Shown here one piece after another: positions 1 through 7,780 of a DNA stretch of 20,000 nt. The DNA lies in IMG/VR virus record IMGVR_UViG_2687453182_000005; one strand, given 5' to 3'. Position numbers and translations under genes: made by a program. The DNA comes from an uncultured virus (IMG/VR IMGVR_UViG_2687453182_000005). Its lineage: Duplodnaviria; Heunggongvirae; Uroviricota; Caudoviricetes. Below the pieces are notes generated by a model. The model saw only the letters and a program-made list of their open reading frames with translations. It was not told the origin of the DNA and did not search any database. Numbering within the stretch: position 1 is the first letter of the stretch; each line of letters opens with the position of its first letter.

Positions 1-82
1 TATTAGACTTAAGATAAACTAATGGGTCAGCCCAGTGTAATTGACCGAAGGAATGGCTGACTTACTTCGGTGGAGAATATTG

Positions 83-325
83 ATGCCGATTGTTGAAAAA
101 GATAAAACACTCAGAGAAATACAAGATGAAGTTGCAGCACTTCGAATCGCATTCGGATATCTCGGATGTGTAATTCCGCGTGATAATGCACTTGCTCTCG
201 CAGGTGTGATTACGGCAACAGTTGATCACCAAGGGTTTGATGATAGTGTAAAAGAAAAACTAAAACATCTTGCTGAACAATTAAAAGAAAACGCCCTGGA
301 GCAAGGTAAGTTTACTCAATTGTAG
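83..325 (+). CDS. Small helical hypothetical protein (80 aa), antisense moron within the late-operon leader
   Basis: The ORF track gives 41..325 from TTG. ATG at 83 has GGAG at 72-75 and is the better start. It is oriented against the pR' transcript and converges on 329..544. Confidence 0.65.
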   Translation: MPIVEKDKTLREIQDEVAALRIAFGYLGCVIPRDNALALAGVITATVDHQGFDDSVKEKLKHLAEQLKENALEQGKFTQL

Positions 326-328
326 TCA

Positions 329-544
329 TTAAGAACGGAGCTTTGTTGGGGGTGCTGTTAATTTATCTACAAAAATAACATCATCTCCACACTCTGCTGA
401 CTTACCTATTCTATTGCTTAAGGTGAGGATAGCTTCACTTTGCTGGAGTAATGCAAGCTCTAATGCTTCTACTTGCTCCTCTAGGTTCAAATTACCATCC
501 GTGCCAATAACCCCTGAAAATCCACCTTCATTTTGATTACTCAT
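329..544 (-). CDS. Hypothetical protein (71 aa), first ORF of the late (pR') transcript
   Basis: Strong SD (AGAGAGG) before the ATG on the minus strand; coiled-coil-like segment LEEQVEALELALLQQ. Confidence 0.65.
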   Translation of the reverse strand: MSNQNEGGFSGVIGTDGNLNLEEQVEALELALLQQSEAILTLSNRIGKSAECGDDVIFVDKLTAPPTKLRS

Positions 545-631
545 AACTACCTCTCTTAAATAGAACGCCGACTCACAGCTCTTGTGTGAATGTGAGGTGT
601 TGTGATTTATTCTGTGGTCGGCATATACGAA

Positions 632-817
632 ACCATTTCGGTGATATCAACAAAATGGTAGAAATAAAAAAAGACCGCCTAAGCGATCTTCTGAATGAGT
701 TGTTCGGAATAACCGAACATGTGAACTATCCGGAAATTCCGGAGAGTTGGATTACCACAATGCAAATAAGCACTCTGGATAAATATCAAAAACTTATTCC
801 CTCGAATTCGGGGGGAT
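632..817. repeat. Cluster of five imperfect palindromes (632-659, 701-719, 724-748, 755-778, 796-817)
   Basis: ACCATTTCGGTGATATCAACAAAATGGT; TGTTCGG-aataa-CCGAACA; AACTATCCGGAAATTCCGGAGAGTT; CCACAATGC-aaataa-GCACTCTGG; ATTCCCTCGAATTCGGGGGGAT, all read directly. Confidence 0.85.
666..690 (-). terminator. Intrinsic terminator in the late leader
   Basis: Minus strand AAGATCGC-TTAG-GCGGTCTT continuing into a T7 run. Confidence 0.75.
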
Positions 818-904
818 TAAAATAGAAAGCCCCAAGTGTATCGCAAACCAGATTTCTCCGCTCTGCGTAGGGACTATGAGGGGCACTGTTCGGATTTCAG
901 ATAC

Positions 905-933
905 AAAAAAGCCCGATATCTCTATCAGGCTTT
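905..933 (-). terminator. tR'-like terminator
   Basis: Minus strand AAAGCCTGATA-GAGA-TATCGGGCTTTTTT, shortly downstream of the putative pR'. Confidence 0.8.
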
Positions 934-969
934 CAGTGCTCTTTGTTTTACTGCCCGAGCATATCACAA

Positions 970-997
970 ACTATACACATAAAATTCGCATTTGCAA
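970..997 (-). promoter_or_regulatory. Late promoter pR' (Q-dependent)
   Basis: Minus strand -35 TTGCAA, 16-bp spacer, -10 TATAGT, immediately downstream of Q and followed by a terminator, as in lambdoid phages. Confidence 0.7.
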
Positions 998-1013
998 TAT
1001 ATATTTTAAATAT

Positions 1014-1628
1014 TTATGAAATCAGACATAACTCCCTTTCTAATTCATGTTTCATTGCGTAAAACATCTCCTCTTCAAGAATGCTTTCCGCCCAGCCGAT
1101 CCTCCTCACCGCTTGCTGTATGCTGATTTTAGTTTGATAACTCAATTCACGCGCCATCTTTTGCGGGTATTTGCGCTCACAATATCGTTTAATAGCTACA
1201 TGACGAATCGGATTGTTTTTAGCAAATGTTTTCGTTATTACATTTTCCACAAAAGCGGCATCATCTGATTCTTTGGCGAGAGCAATGAGGTCGCTTATTT
1301 TATTTTTAGGATTTAATATCTCATGTGACTTTTTGAATAATTCCTCTCCTTGATAACCCATTTTATGTAAATCATTAACCACCTTGATTATTCTTTCACC
1401 CTCAGTTTCGCTCCATTCCGTCCTAATCATTAATCGTCCAATGACGCTACCTGATCCTGATTCTGGATAATCATTGCCACCATATTCCTTTCCCCACGTC
1501 ATTAACATGTAGCGAATCCAGACTCGCTTACTGTCTAATGCGTTTTTTCGATTAGAACCCCAAACTCGTCTTAGCTCATTTTTGCTTGAGTAAAGAGACA
1601 GTAGATTGAACGGATCACATTCCCTCAT
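1014..1628 (-). CDS. Q: Late antitermination protein Q-like
   Basis: 204 aa, last gene of the nin region, followed by pR'/tR'; C-terminal HTH-like segment (YPQKMARELSYQTKISIQQAVRRIGW). Mostly synteny-based. Confidence 0.7.
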   Translation of the reverse strand: MRECDPFNLLSLYSSKNELRRVWGSNRKNALDSKRVWIRYMLMTWGKEYGGNDYPESGSGSVIGRLMIRTEWSETEGERIIKVVNDLHKMGYQGEELFKKSHEILNPKNKISDLIALAKESDDAAFVENVITKTFAKNNPIRHVAIKRYCERKYPQKMARELSYQTKISIQQAVRRIGWAESILEEEMFYAMKHELERELCLIS

Positions 1629-1828
1629 CTCGCCTCCGGTAATACTGTGTGATTATGGCAGTCGTAGCGTGTGCTAAATGACTTTCTGAGTAATGCCTCT
1701 CTCGACATGCCGACCTCCTGCCTAACCGATAAGAAGCCGTTTCTTTTTTGAGTGACGACATGATGATGCTTTGTTTGTTGCCTAAGCCACCTAGCCTCTT
1801 CAATGGCTGCGCGGATATCAGTAAACAT
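1625..1828 (-). CDS. Hypothetical nin-region protein (67 aa)
   Basis: Coupled to ninG (TAATG overlap) and Q (ATGA overlap); GGAGG SD. Confidence 0.7.
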   Translation of the reverse strand: MFTDIRAAIEEARWLRQQTKHHHVVTQKRNGFLSVRQEVGMSREALLRKSFSTRYDCHNHTVLPEAR

Positions 1829-2448
1829 TAAGCCACCTCCGAATATTTATCCTTTCGCCTTTTCTCATACCAACGGGCCCTACGAGTGAATATTGATTTC
1901 ATTCGCTTGAGATATTCGATGTCGAATTTACGGACCGTGTTATCGTGCTCTAAACGAGTTACTCGCTCTTCGCCGATTTTATTGATGAGATTAATGCGAT
2001 ACGGGATGAGATTTCCTGACAGGTCCCTATTGCAGTGAACACAGCCAGCGTGAATATTGAGTAAATTAAATCTTAAATGACTTGCCGAACCCCTTGATCT
2101 GTAATGACTAGCATCTACGGACCCACCTCTTACTCCATAATTTAAGGGCCGACCGCAAGCGATGCATGGCTGACCATAGTCTCGCCAAAATATGTATTTA
2201 TTTACTGCCGCTTGGGCCTCTTTGTTCCAGTCTGATTTTGTCTTTAACTTTTCCTTTCTGGCCCGCAATATTTTTCTTTCCTCAGATAAACGTTTCTTAC
2301 GGCCCTTTTCTTCGGTCCGTTTAATTTCATTTGAGGCGAATTTTATTGCGCAGGATGTGGAACAAACTTTTTGGGTGGATAGGTAGGGAATGAATTCTTT
2401 GTTGCAGACTTTACAGGTTTTGAGCTTCGGCTTTTTAGCCTTCGCCAC
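1828..2448 (-). CDS. ninG: NinG/Rap recombination endonuclease
   Basis: N-terminal CKVC...CSTSC, RD-x-GQPCIACG, DASHYRSRG, NIHAGCVHCN (HNH-like), typical of NinG. Confidence 0.93.
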   Translation of the reverse strand: MAKAKKPKLKTCKVCNKEFIPYLSTQKVCSTSCAIKFASNEIKRTEEKGRKKRLSEERKILRARKEKLKTKSDWNKEAQAAVNKYIFWRDYGQPCIACGRPLNYGVRGGSVDASHYRSRGSASHLRFNLLNIHAGCVHCNRDLSGNLIPYRINLINKIGEERVTRLEHDNTVRKFDIEYLKRMKSIFTRRARWYEKRRKDKYSEVA

Positions 2449-2563
2449 TCTTTTCCTCCTTGATTTTATCCATCACTTCCAAATGAGCGTATTCATCAGC
2501 ACACTGAGCACACACGTAAATTTCATCATCTGTTAGCGGTCTATTGCATGATTGGCAGTTCAT
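2435..2563 (-). CDS. ninF: NinF-like small zinc-finger protein (42 aa, not in ORF track)
   Basis: [42 protein letters not shown]; CxxC..E.YVCxxC pattern as in NinF; ATGA overlap with the ninI stop. Confidence 0.75.
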   Translation of the reverse strand: MNCQSCNRPLTDDEIYVCAQCADEYAHLEVMDKIKEEKSGEG

Positions 2564-3222
2564 TTGATTTGCCTCATGGTTAGCCCATAACCAAACACCG
2601 CCCCAGTATCGATGTATTCCTGATTAGCGCGCTTTTCGATACCTTTAATCATTGGTGTGTGACCAAATAGAAATAGGTCCGCACCTTTAATCTCACGCAC
2701 ATTCTCGTCGCCAATACGCTCACGACTCCAAATTACATACCGTTCATCAACTGGTTTACCGAAATCATATTCATCGGATGGATAATCAGCGTGTGCAATG
2801 ACTGTCTTTTTGCCATCAGCGTTTACTTCGATAATCAGTGGCAGTTGCTCCGCTTTAGCTAAACAGGCTCTAGATAAAACTTCGTTATCGTAGTCCTGCA
2901 TGAAAAACCAAAGGCCACCATTCATCATCCAGCAATCTCTATTGCCTTTGTGCATAACAACATCAATCGCCATTTGCTCATGATTGCCACGTACAGCCCT
3001 AAACCATTTTTCATTAATCAGGTCTAGGCATTCTACGTTTCGATCCCCCCTATCGATTAGGTCACCGACTGAAATTAATAAATCTTTTTCTTTATCAAAA
3101 TCAATTTGTTGTAATTTTTCATTCAGCAAATCAAAGCATCCATGAATATCACCAACCACCCAAATATGCCGATATTGATCACCATTAATTCGGAGGTAAA
3201 TCCCATTGCGTTCTTCTGTCAT
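2560..3222 (-). CDS. ninI: Ser/Thr protein phosphatase (lambda NinI/PPP family)
   Basis: GDIHG, GDLIDRG, RGNHE, FGHT and IDTGA metallophosphoesterase motifs; start moved to MTEERNG (ATGA overlap with the upstream gene). Confidence 0.95.
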   Translation of the reverse strand: MTEERNGIYLRINGDQYRHIWVVGDIHGCFDLLNEKLQQIDFDKEKDLLISVGDLIDRGDRNVECLDLINEKWFRAVRGNHEQMAIDVVMHKGNRDCWMMNGGLWFFMQDYDNEVLSRACLAKAEQLPLIIEVNADGKKTVIAHADYPSDEYDFGKPVDERYVIWSRERIGDENVREIKGADLFLFGHTPMIKGIEKRANQEYIDTGAVFGYGLTMRQIK

Positions 3223-3437
3223 TTCTCTAGCTCCCACTCCGCAAGTGTAATAACAAGCATCGGATTACTGCTGCTTTCAATTGTTAGCATTGCCTCATAC
3301 GCTAAATTCTCTTTAAATTTGCGCTTTAATAGCCCTGCACACTTCCTGACGGCTTCATTAGACTTATGGATAGCCCAACATAGCTTTAACGTTGTTAATG
3401 CGCTCATAAACGCTTCTGCTTCGTTTTTCATCTCCAC
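3219..3437 (-). CDS. Hypothetical protein (72 aa)
   Basis: ORF overlaps both neighbours in the coupled nin operon. Confidence 0.65.
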   Translation of the reverse strand: MEMKNEAEAFMSALTTLKLCWAIHKSNEAVRKCAGLLKRKFKENLAYEAMLTIESSSNPMLVITLAEWELEK

Positions 3438-3625
3438 ATCCTATTAATCATTGCTCGTGGTGTTGGCTTGAGCCATTTTTGGGTGGGTAGGTTGACTGAT
3501 ACATCGAAATACTGAGGGTTAATATTGAGTATCTTTACTGGTGAATAACCTTGTCGCCTGTAGTGCTCACAAAGTCTTTCTGCTTCTTCGTAAGTGAGAA
3601 GCCTGTATATGTGGGGTTCTTTCAT
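3428..3625 (-). CDS. Hypothetical protein (65 aa)
   Basis: ATGA-coupled start with GGAGG upstream; in operon orientation. Confidence 0.65.
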   Translation of the reverse strand: MKEPHIYRLLTYEEAERLCEHYRRQGYSPVKILNINPQYFDVSVNLPTQKWLKPTPRAMINRMWR

Positions 3626-3765
3626 TTTCTCGCCCTCCGCTTCTGGGCTGCTGGCTTCTCTTTGGGTTCTTCGTTGTCAATTTGCTTACCTTGTGGCTAC
3701 AAACACTGTGGGATTACTTCCATCCATTTTTTCATTTGCTCAAGTGCGTTAGTTCGCTTTGCCAT
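3622..3765 (-). pseudogene. 47-codon small gene interrupted by an in-frame TAG at 3697-3699
   Basis: MAKRTNALEQMKKWMEVIPQCL*PQGKQIDNEEPKEKPAAQKRRARK; TAATG coupling at the start and ATGA coupling at the distal stop are both in the same frame. Confidence 0.7.
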
Positions 3766-3959
3766 TATTTTTTATTCCTCCGCTTCTTGGCTGCTCGGTT
3801 TATCTTTGCGTGACCTGTGATGCGCTTAGTTGATGTGGGGTAGCTGTATACTTGGCGTTCATCCTCCATAACCCACGGGCTGAGTTGCTTTGAATTTTGG
3901 GCTATCGAAAAACCTATTCGACCGCATAAATTTGCCACCGCTATTTGTAATCTATTCAT
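3765..3959 (-). CDS. Hypothetical basic protein (64 aa)
   Basis: ORF in operon orientation; basic C-terminus RITGHAKINRAAKKRRNKK. Confidence 0.65.
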   Translation of the reverse strand: MNRLQIAVANLCGRIGFSIAQNSKQLSPWVMEDERQVYSYPTSTKRITGHAKINRAAKKRRNKK

Positions 3960-3979
3960 CTCTCTTGCTGCTCCTTGAG

Positions 3980-4423
3980 TTATTCCCTGTGCCCGTAGTA
4001 GTTATATTCATAACGAGTTGTACGCAGCTTCACGCCGCTTTCTACCGCCCAAGCTGTCGAGTATTCAATTAAGCTACTCATGCGCTTCTTGCCCATCTGA
4101 GACGTGCTCTCGCGAATGTTTAATAGCTCGCCTTCGATGCCGCGAATTAACGGTGACTCTTTCGCCCCTGTCGTAACCATCCAGTGACCAGACACAAAGA
4201 CATTCTTCCACTGCCATAATTTCAGTGGTTCATTGTTGAGGGTCATTTGCTTTGATACATCACCACATAGCGCATGAAACATGTCGTTCTGCGGTAGTGT
4301 TCGGCTGGATTCTGAGATTTTTACTTCTAGGGGGAATTCTTCGTTGAGGGGTAAATTATCTAGTACGGATTTAAGGTTTTTTAGTATCTGGGTATTCCTG
4401 AGTAGGAATGTTTGCTTCTGCAT
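3980..4423 (-). CDS. ninB: NinB/Orf recombination protein
   Basis: RTLPQNDMFHALCGDVSKQ, WKNVF, GIEGE, ESTSQMGKKRMSSLIEY motifs typical of the NinB family. Confidence 0.92.
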   Translation of the reverse strand: MQKQTFLLRNTQILKNLKSVLDNLPLNEEFPLEVKISESSRTLPQNDMFHALCGDVSKQMTLNNEPLKLWQWKNVFVSGHWMVTTGAKESPLIRGIEGELLNIRESTSQMGKKRMSSLIEYSTAWAVESGVKLRTTRYEYNYYGHRE

Positions 4424-4574
4424 TATCCCTCCTGTATTTAATGTTATATCTCCACAGTGTCATGCCACATCGAGAGCAAAAGAAATATGATCCGCTATTA
4501 CAGCAGTTTTCTTGCTTTTCGAATTTATGACCAGTGAAAAAACACCTAATCGTCGTGATTGCTGAAATGCTCAT
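4371..4574 (-). CDS. Small Cys/His-rich prophage protein (DUF1660-like pattern)
   Basis: CFFTGHKF...CSRCG; overlaps the ninB start by 53 nt. Confidence 0.55.
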   Translation of the reverse strand: MSISAITTIRCFFTGHKFEKQENCCNSGSYFFCSRCGMTLWRYNIKYRRDNAEANIPTQEYPDTKKP

Positions 4575-4584
4575 GGTTTATCAC

Positions 4585-4728
4585 TCACTGTTAGCTCTCC
4601 AATATGATAAAACCCTGACACCAACACTTAGGGCACATTGAGTTTTTGAATTCAGGCGGATGCAGTCTTTCACTTTTGAGATGGATATGACCACACCCTA
4701 CACATTTAATTTTCACTGTTAGCTCTCC
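4585..4728. repeat. 16-bp perfect direct repeat TCACTGTTAGCTCTCC (4585-4600 and 4713-4728)
   Basis: Read directly; on the minus strand each copy is GGAGAGC-TAA-CA-GTG-A (SD, stop, start). Confidence 0.9.
4591..4716 (-). CDS. 41-aa zinc-ribbon microprotein (not in ORF track)
   Basis: GTG start with GGAG SD; MKIKCVGCGHIHLKSERLHPPEFKNSMCPKCWCQGFIILES (CxxC...CxxC). Confidence 0.7.
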   Translation of the reverse strand: MKIKCVGCGHIHLKSERLHPPEFKNSMCPKCWCQGFIILES

Positions 4729-4740
4729 TGTTCCATGCTG

Positions 4741-4833
4741 CTACAGCTCCCACCATTGGTATTTTTGCTTAGCTTGTAAAATTAGTTCTTGCCAAATTGC
4801 TATAGCTTCTAGTCTTAATTTGCGTTCGTTCAT
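4741..4833 (-). CDS. 30-aa microprotein MNERKLRLEAIAIWQELILQAKQKYQWWEL
   Basis: Start overlaps the stop of the upstream gene (TGATG); GAGGGTG SD-like sequence upstream. Confidence 0.5.
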   Translation of the reverse strand: MNERKLRLEAIAIWQELILQAKQKYQWWEL

Positions 4834-5090
4834 CATTCACCCTCTGGCATTGGTGGGCTAAGCATTGGTCGCCAATGAGTTATCATTGAGTAGTCATCAT
4901 CCTCTATGAAATCCTCACCACAGCTTATGTAATTATCGAATGAGATTGACCATGTCCAACCTTCTCCGCATGTATCAGAACGCATAAAAACATGGTATAC
5001 AAACTCTTCACCTCTGAACCATCCAGCAAATACTGGTGTTTCCATGTCTGGTAGTGAATCACTACACTTAACCCAATTAGCTCTCTGCAT
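4833..5090 (-). CDS. DUF551-family (Eaa-like) protein
   Basis: NWVKCSDSLPD...ITHWRPMLSPP signature; start moved to MQRANW (GGGAG SD). Confidence 0.8.
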   Translation of the reverse strand: MQRANWVKCSDSLPDMETPVFAGWFRGEEFVYHVFMRSDTCGEGWTWSISFDNYISCGEDFIEDDDYSMITHWRPMLSPPMPEGE

Positions 5091-5153
5091 TAGATGCTCC
5101 CCACGGTCTGTTTGATTCTTGAAATCTAAGCATTTCATCACTCAACACCTCTC

Positions 5154-5387
5154 TTAATTGCCAGCCATAAACTCACACTTGCTAACTCGCATGTATGCCT
5201 TGCCCCGTGGAAAACATCTATCCAATTTTCTTCTCAGTGGAGTAACTTTAATTTTAAGAGGGGTTTCTGACATATTTATGAGTGGGTTATTTATCCACTG
5301 CTGGTTATCAATTAATCTATCGTAATTTTTGTAGCAGTAGTCTATATCTGGATATGGATAATCCTTGTGAAACAATATTCCTTTCAT
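5154..5387 (-). CDS. Hypothetical protein (77 aa)
   Basis: GAGG SD, directly after the helicase gene. Confidence 0.6.
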   Translation of the reverse strand: MKGILFHKDYPYPDIDYCYKNYDRLIDNQQWINNPLINMSETPLKIKVTPLRRKLDRCFPRGKAYMRVSKCEFMAGN

Positions 5388-5406
5388 CTAAAAATCCTCT
5401 TGCGTG

Positions 5407-6777
5407 TTAAACGTTGGCACCTTGGAATCGGCGTTGCTGTGGTCTGCTACTTTGTTGACAGATGCTTGATGCCTGCGCCTGATCAGTATCAAGAAAGTGA
5501 CCGTTTTTAAATAATTGATAAACCGTACCCAGTTTCCCGAATCGGTTTTTTGTCACAATTATTTCTGCGTAATCTGCTGCAGGGGAGTTCTCGTTATAAA
5601 CTGCATCACGGTAAAGCATGATGATGCTATCTGCATCTTGCTCTACACTTCCTGAGTCTCTTAAATCCGCATTGGTAGGTCGTTTGTTAGGTCTCTTTTC
5701 AACATCACGAGATAGCTGGCTTAGTGAAATAACAGGAGTTCTGATATTTTTAGCCAACCCTTTCAACGTTGCTGAAATATGAGCAATAGCCAAATCGTTA
5801 CGCTCTGCACGAGGCTTCTCAATCAACCCTAAGTAATCAACCATGATTAACGATAATTCAGGGTGACGTTTCTTGTGTCGTGTTGAAATTGCAGTGATTT
5901 GTTCAACGGTTAACTTACTGGCATCGACAACCCAAACATTCAGTCCAAGTAAATTACCTGCCCCCATTGATACCCTGCCCCAATCTTCGTCACTCATACG
6001 AGATGGGTTTCTCAATGCGCTAACAGATAGGTTTGCTGATCCTGCAATCTGACGCTCTACGATTTGCTGAGAGTCCATTTCCATCGAGAAAATTAAAACA
6101 CCTTTCTTGGTGTCAGTGCCGATAACATTTTGAGACGCAACGCCTTCTGTAATTTTCAGTGCGATTTCTGTTTTACCCATTCCTGGTCGAGCGGCGATAA
6201 TGACCAAATCAACAGGGTTGATGCCTCCCATAATTTCATCTAATTCGCGGATCCCCGTTTTTAGTGTGTCCGACTCCTCGCCTTTGTTAACACGTTCTTG
6301 TAAAACTTCCGTGTAATCTTCGATTAACGATGAAACATGAACGGGAGCAATATCACCTTTCGAGGAATGCATATCAGATGCCTGAGCAAGAAAACTTTCC
6401 ATTGCCTCACTGGCTTGCTCAATGGTTCCGTTTTCAATCACACCACGCACAGAATCCATTAACTGGATCATTGCTCTACGGTTATGATTATCGGTCACCA
6501 TCTTGGCATAGCCTTTTAGGTTGGCTGCGCTAGGGCAATCCTTGGCTGTTTGAATGATGTTTGCTAGGTGTTCACTTCCCATTCCTTCAGCAACCATCAT
6601 CATATCGATGACACCGCGAGACTTGGCTTGTTTTTGAATAACTTGATAGGCTTCTCGATAGAACCTAACTGAAAATGATTCAGGCTCTAAAGTGGCCAAA
6701 ACATCCGAGGCATCAGGTGTTAACCCTGAAATTAACAAACCTCCAATAACACTTGCTTCAAATTCCGTATTGATCAC
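5407..6777 (-). CDS. dnaB: Replicative DnaB-type helicase (P22 gp12-like)
   Basis: Walker [46 protein letters not shown]. Confidence 0.97.
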   Translation of the reverse strand: MINTEFEASVIGGLLISGLTPDASDVLATLEPESFSVRFYREAYQVIQKQAKSRGVIDMMMVAEGMGSEHLANIIQTAKDCPSAANLKGYAKMVTDNHNRRAMIQLMDSVRGVIENGTIEQASEAMESFLAQASDMHSSKGDIAPVHVSSLIEDYTEVLQERVNKGEESDTLKTGIRELDEIMGGINPVDLVIIAARPGMGKTEIALKITEGVASQNVIGTDTKKGVLIFSMEMDSQQIVERQIAGSANLSVSALRNPSRMSDEDWGRVSMGAGNLLGLNVWVVDASKLTVEQITAISTRHKKRHPELSLIMVDYLGLIEKPRAERNDLAIAHISATLKGLAKNIRTPVISLSQLSRDVEKRPNKRPTNADLRDSGSVEQDADSIIMLYRDAVYNENSPAADYAEIIVTKNRFGKLGTVYQLFKNGHFLDTDQAQASSICQQSSRPQQRRFQGANV

Positions 6778-7611
6778 TTAAAACCCCCTGTCAGCAAATT
6801 TACCTTCTCGAACACCTGTCAGCGTTGTTTCTCTTAGCAGATAATCAATATCAGCCGTCCAGCCTGTATCGTTTTCACCAAAATAAAATGGCTTAGCCAT
6901 CCGCACAAAGGCTCTAACGTAGGCTCTCCAACCATCAACGTTTGCCGTTGCAAGGTTTTTGATTATCTTCCTGATCCGTGTTTTACGTTTCTCGTTAGCT
7001 TCCACAGCATGAGGCAGTCTGTCACCAACTTCCTCGTTGTAGGCATTGAGATATTCATCGTAGTTAATTGGAGTTGATTTTCTCTTGGTAGGTTTTGCCG
7101 ATTCTCCCCCTTTCACCTCGTGAGGGGTAAGGGGTGTATTACTTTCTTTCTTTTCTTTTGTAATAGTTTCTTTTGTGTTTAGCTGACTTGGCTTATGTGA
7201 ATTAGCCGTTTTAGCTAATGTTTTATTAGCTGACTTAGCTAATGTTTCGCTAACTTGGCTAATATTGAAATTCCACTCAGTAAAATCTTTGTTAATTCCA
7301 ATTTTATTACCTGATGAAATAACAATATTCATAGCAATCATTTCATTCTTCGCTTTGCAAACATGAGTATGATGAATGCCCGTCATTTCAGCTATTTGAG
7401 TATTTGTAATACGGTCTAACTTTTTGCCGAAGCCGTATGTCTTTCTGATGATCGCCATAACGACTTTTAGTTGTCTTGCTGTTAAATCTGCACACATAAC
7501 AGCTTCAAATAGGTCGTTGGCTATTCTTGTGTAACCATCTTCAAGATTTGCCACTGTTGACCTCTCTTGCCGTCGTTGATTACCAAAATCTGCATATGCA
7601 ACATTACTCAT
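6778..7611 (-). CDS. O: Replication initiator O (P22 gp18-like)
   Basis: LEDGYTRIANDL...RKTYGFGKKLDRITNTQIAEMTG N-terminal domain; internal iterons; C-terminal FYFGENDTGWTADIDYLL. Confidence 0.93.
   Translation of the reverse strand: MSNVAYADFGNQRRQERSTVANLEDGYTRIANDLFEAVMCADLTARQLKVVMAIIRKTYGFGKKLDRITNTQIAEMTGIHHTHVCKAKNEMIAMNIVISSGNKIGINKDFTEWNFNISQVSETLAKSANKTLAKTANSHKPSQLNTKETITKEKKESNTPLTPHEVKGGESAKPTKRKSTPINYDEYLNAYNEEVGDRLPHAVEANEKRKTRIRKIIKNLATANVDGWRAYVRAFVRMAKPFYFGENDTGWTADIDYLLRETTLTGVREGKFADRGF
7141..7264. repeat. Replication origin: four 19-bp iterons plus an adjacent AT-rich tract
   Basis: TTAGCTGACTTGGCTTATG (7179), TTAGCCGTTTTAGCTAATG (7202), TTAGCTGACTTAGCTAATG (7226), TTCGCTAACTTGGCTAATA (7246), with TTAGC/GCTAA dyad character; T-rich strand at 7141-7178. 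Confidence 0.88.
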
Positions 7612-7780
7612 GCGATCCTCCTAGTAATTTCTCACGATGCTCATTTCTCAATTTTGCATCTTCAAATGCTTCCTTTAGACGCTTACTTCCTAACGGTGTC
7701 ACTTCTCGTAACGTCTTATCTCGCATGATGTTTTTATGCACTTCGTGACGATTAAACCAATGATTAACTTTCTTCTTCAT
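7604..7780 (-). CDS. 58-aa protein upstream of O, P22 orf48-like (not in ORF track)
   Basis: MKKKVNHWFNRHEVHKNIMRDKTLREVTPLGSKRLKEAFEDAKLRNEHREKLLGGSHE; HKNI.RD motif; overlaps the O start. Confidence 0.65.
   Translation of the reverse strand: MKKKVNHWFNRHEVHKNIMRDKTLREVTPLGSKRLKEAFEDAKLRNEHREKLLGGSHE

Noticed and set aside
632..817. Possible CRISPR mini-array
   Set aside because: The units differ from each other, spacing is irregular, there is no constant repeat with spacers, and no cas genes are present.
586..825. 79-aa + strand ORF across the late leader
   Set aside because: It runs through the palindrome cluster and a terminator, has a GTG start with no clear SD, and is most likely open by chance because of the dyad sequences.
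7179..7264. Repeats as a novel element
   Set aside because: Fully explained as origin iterons within gene O.
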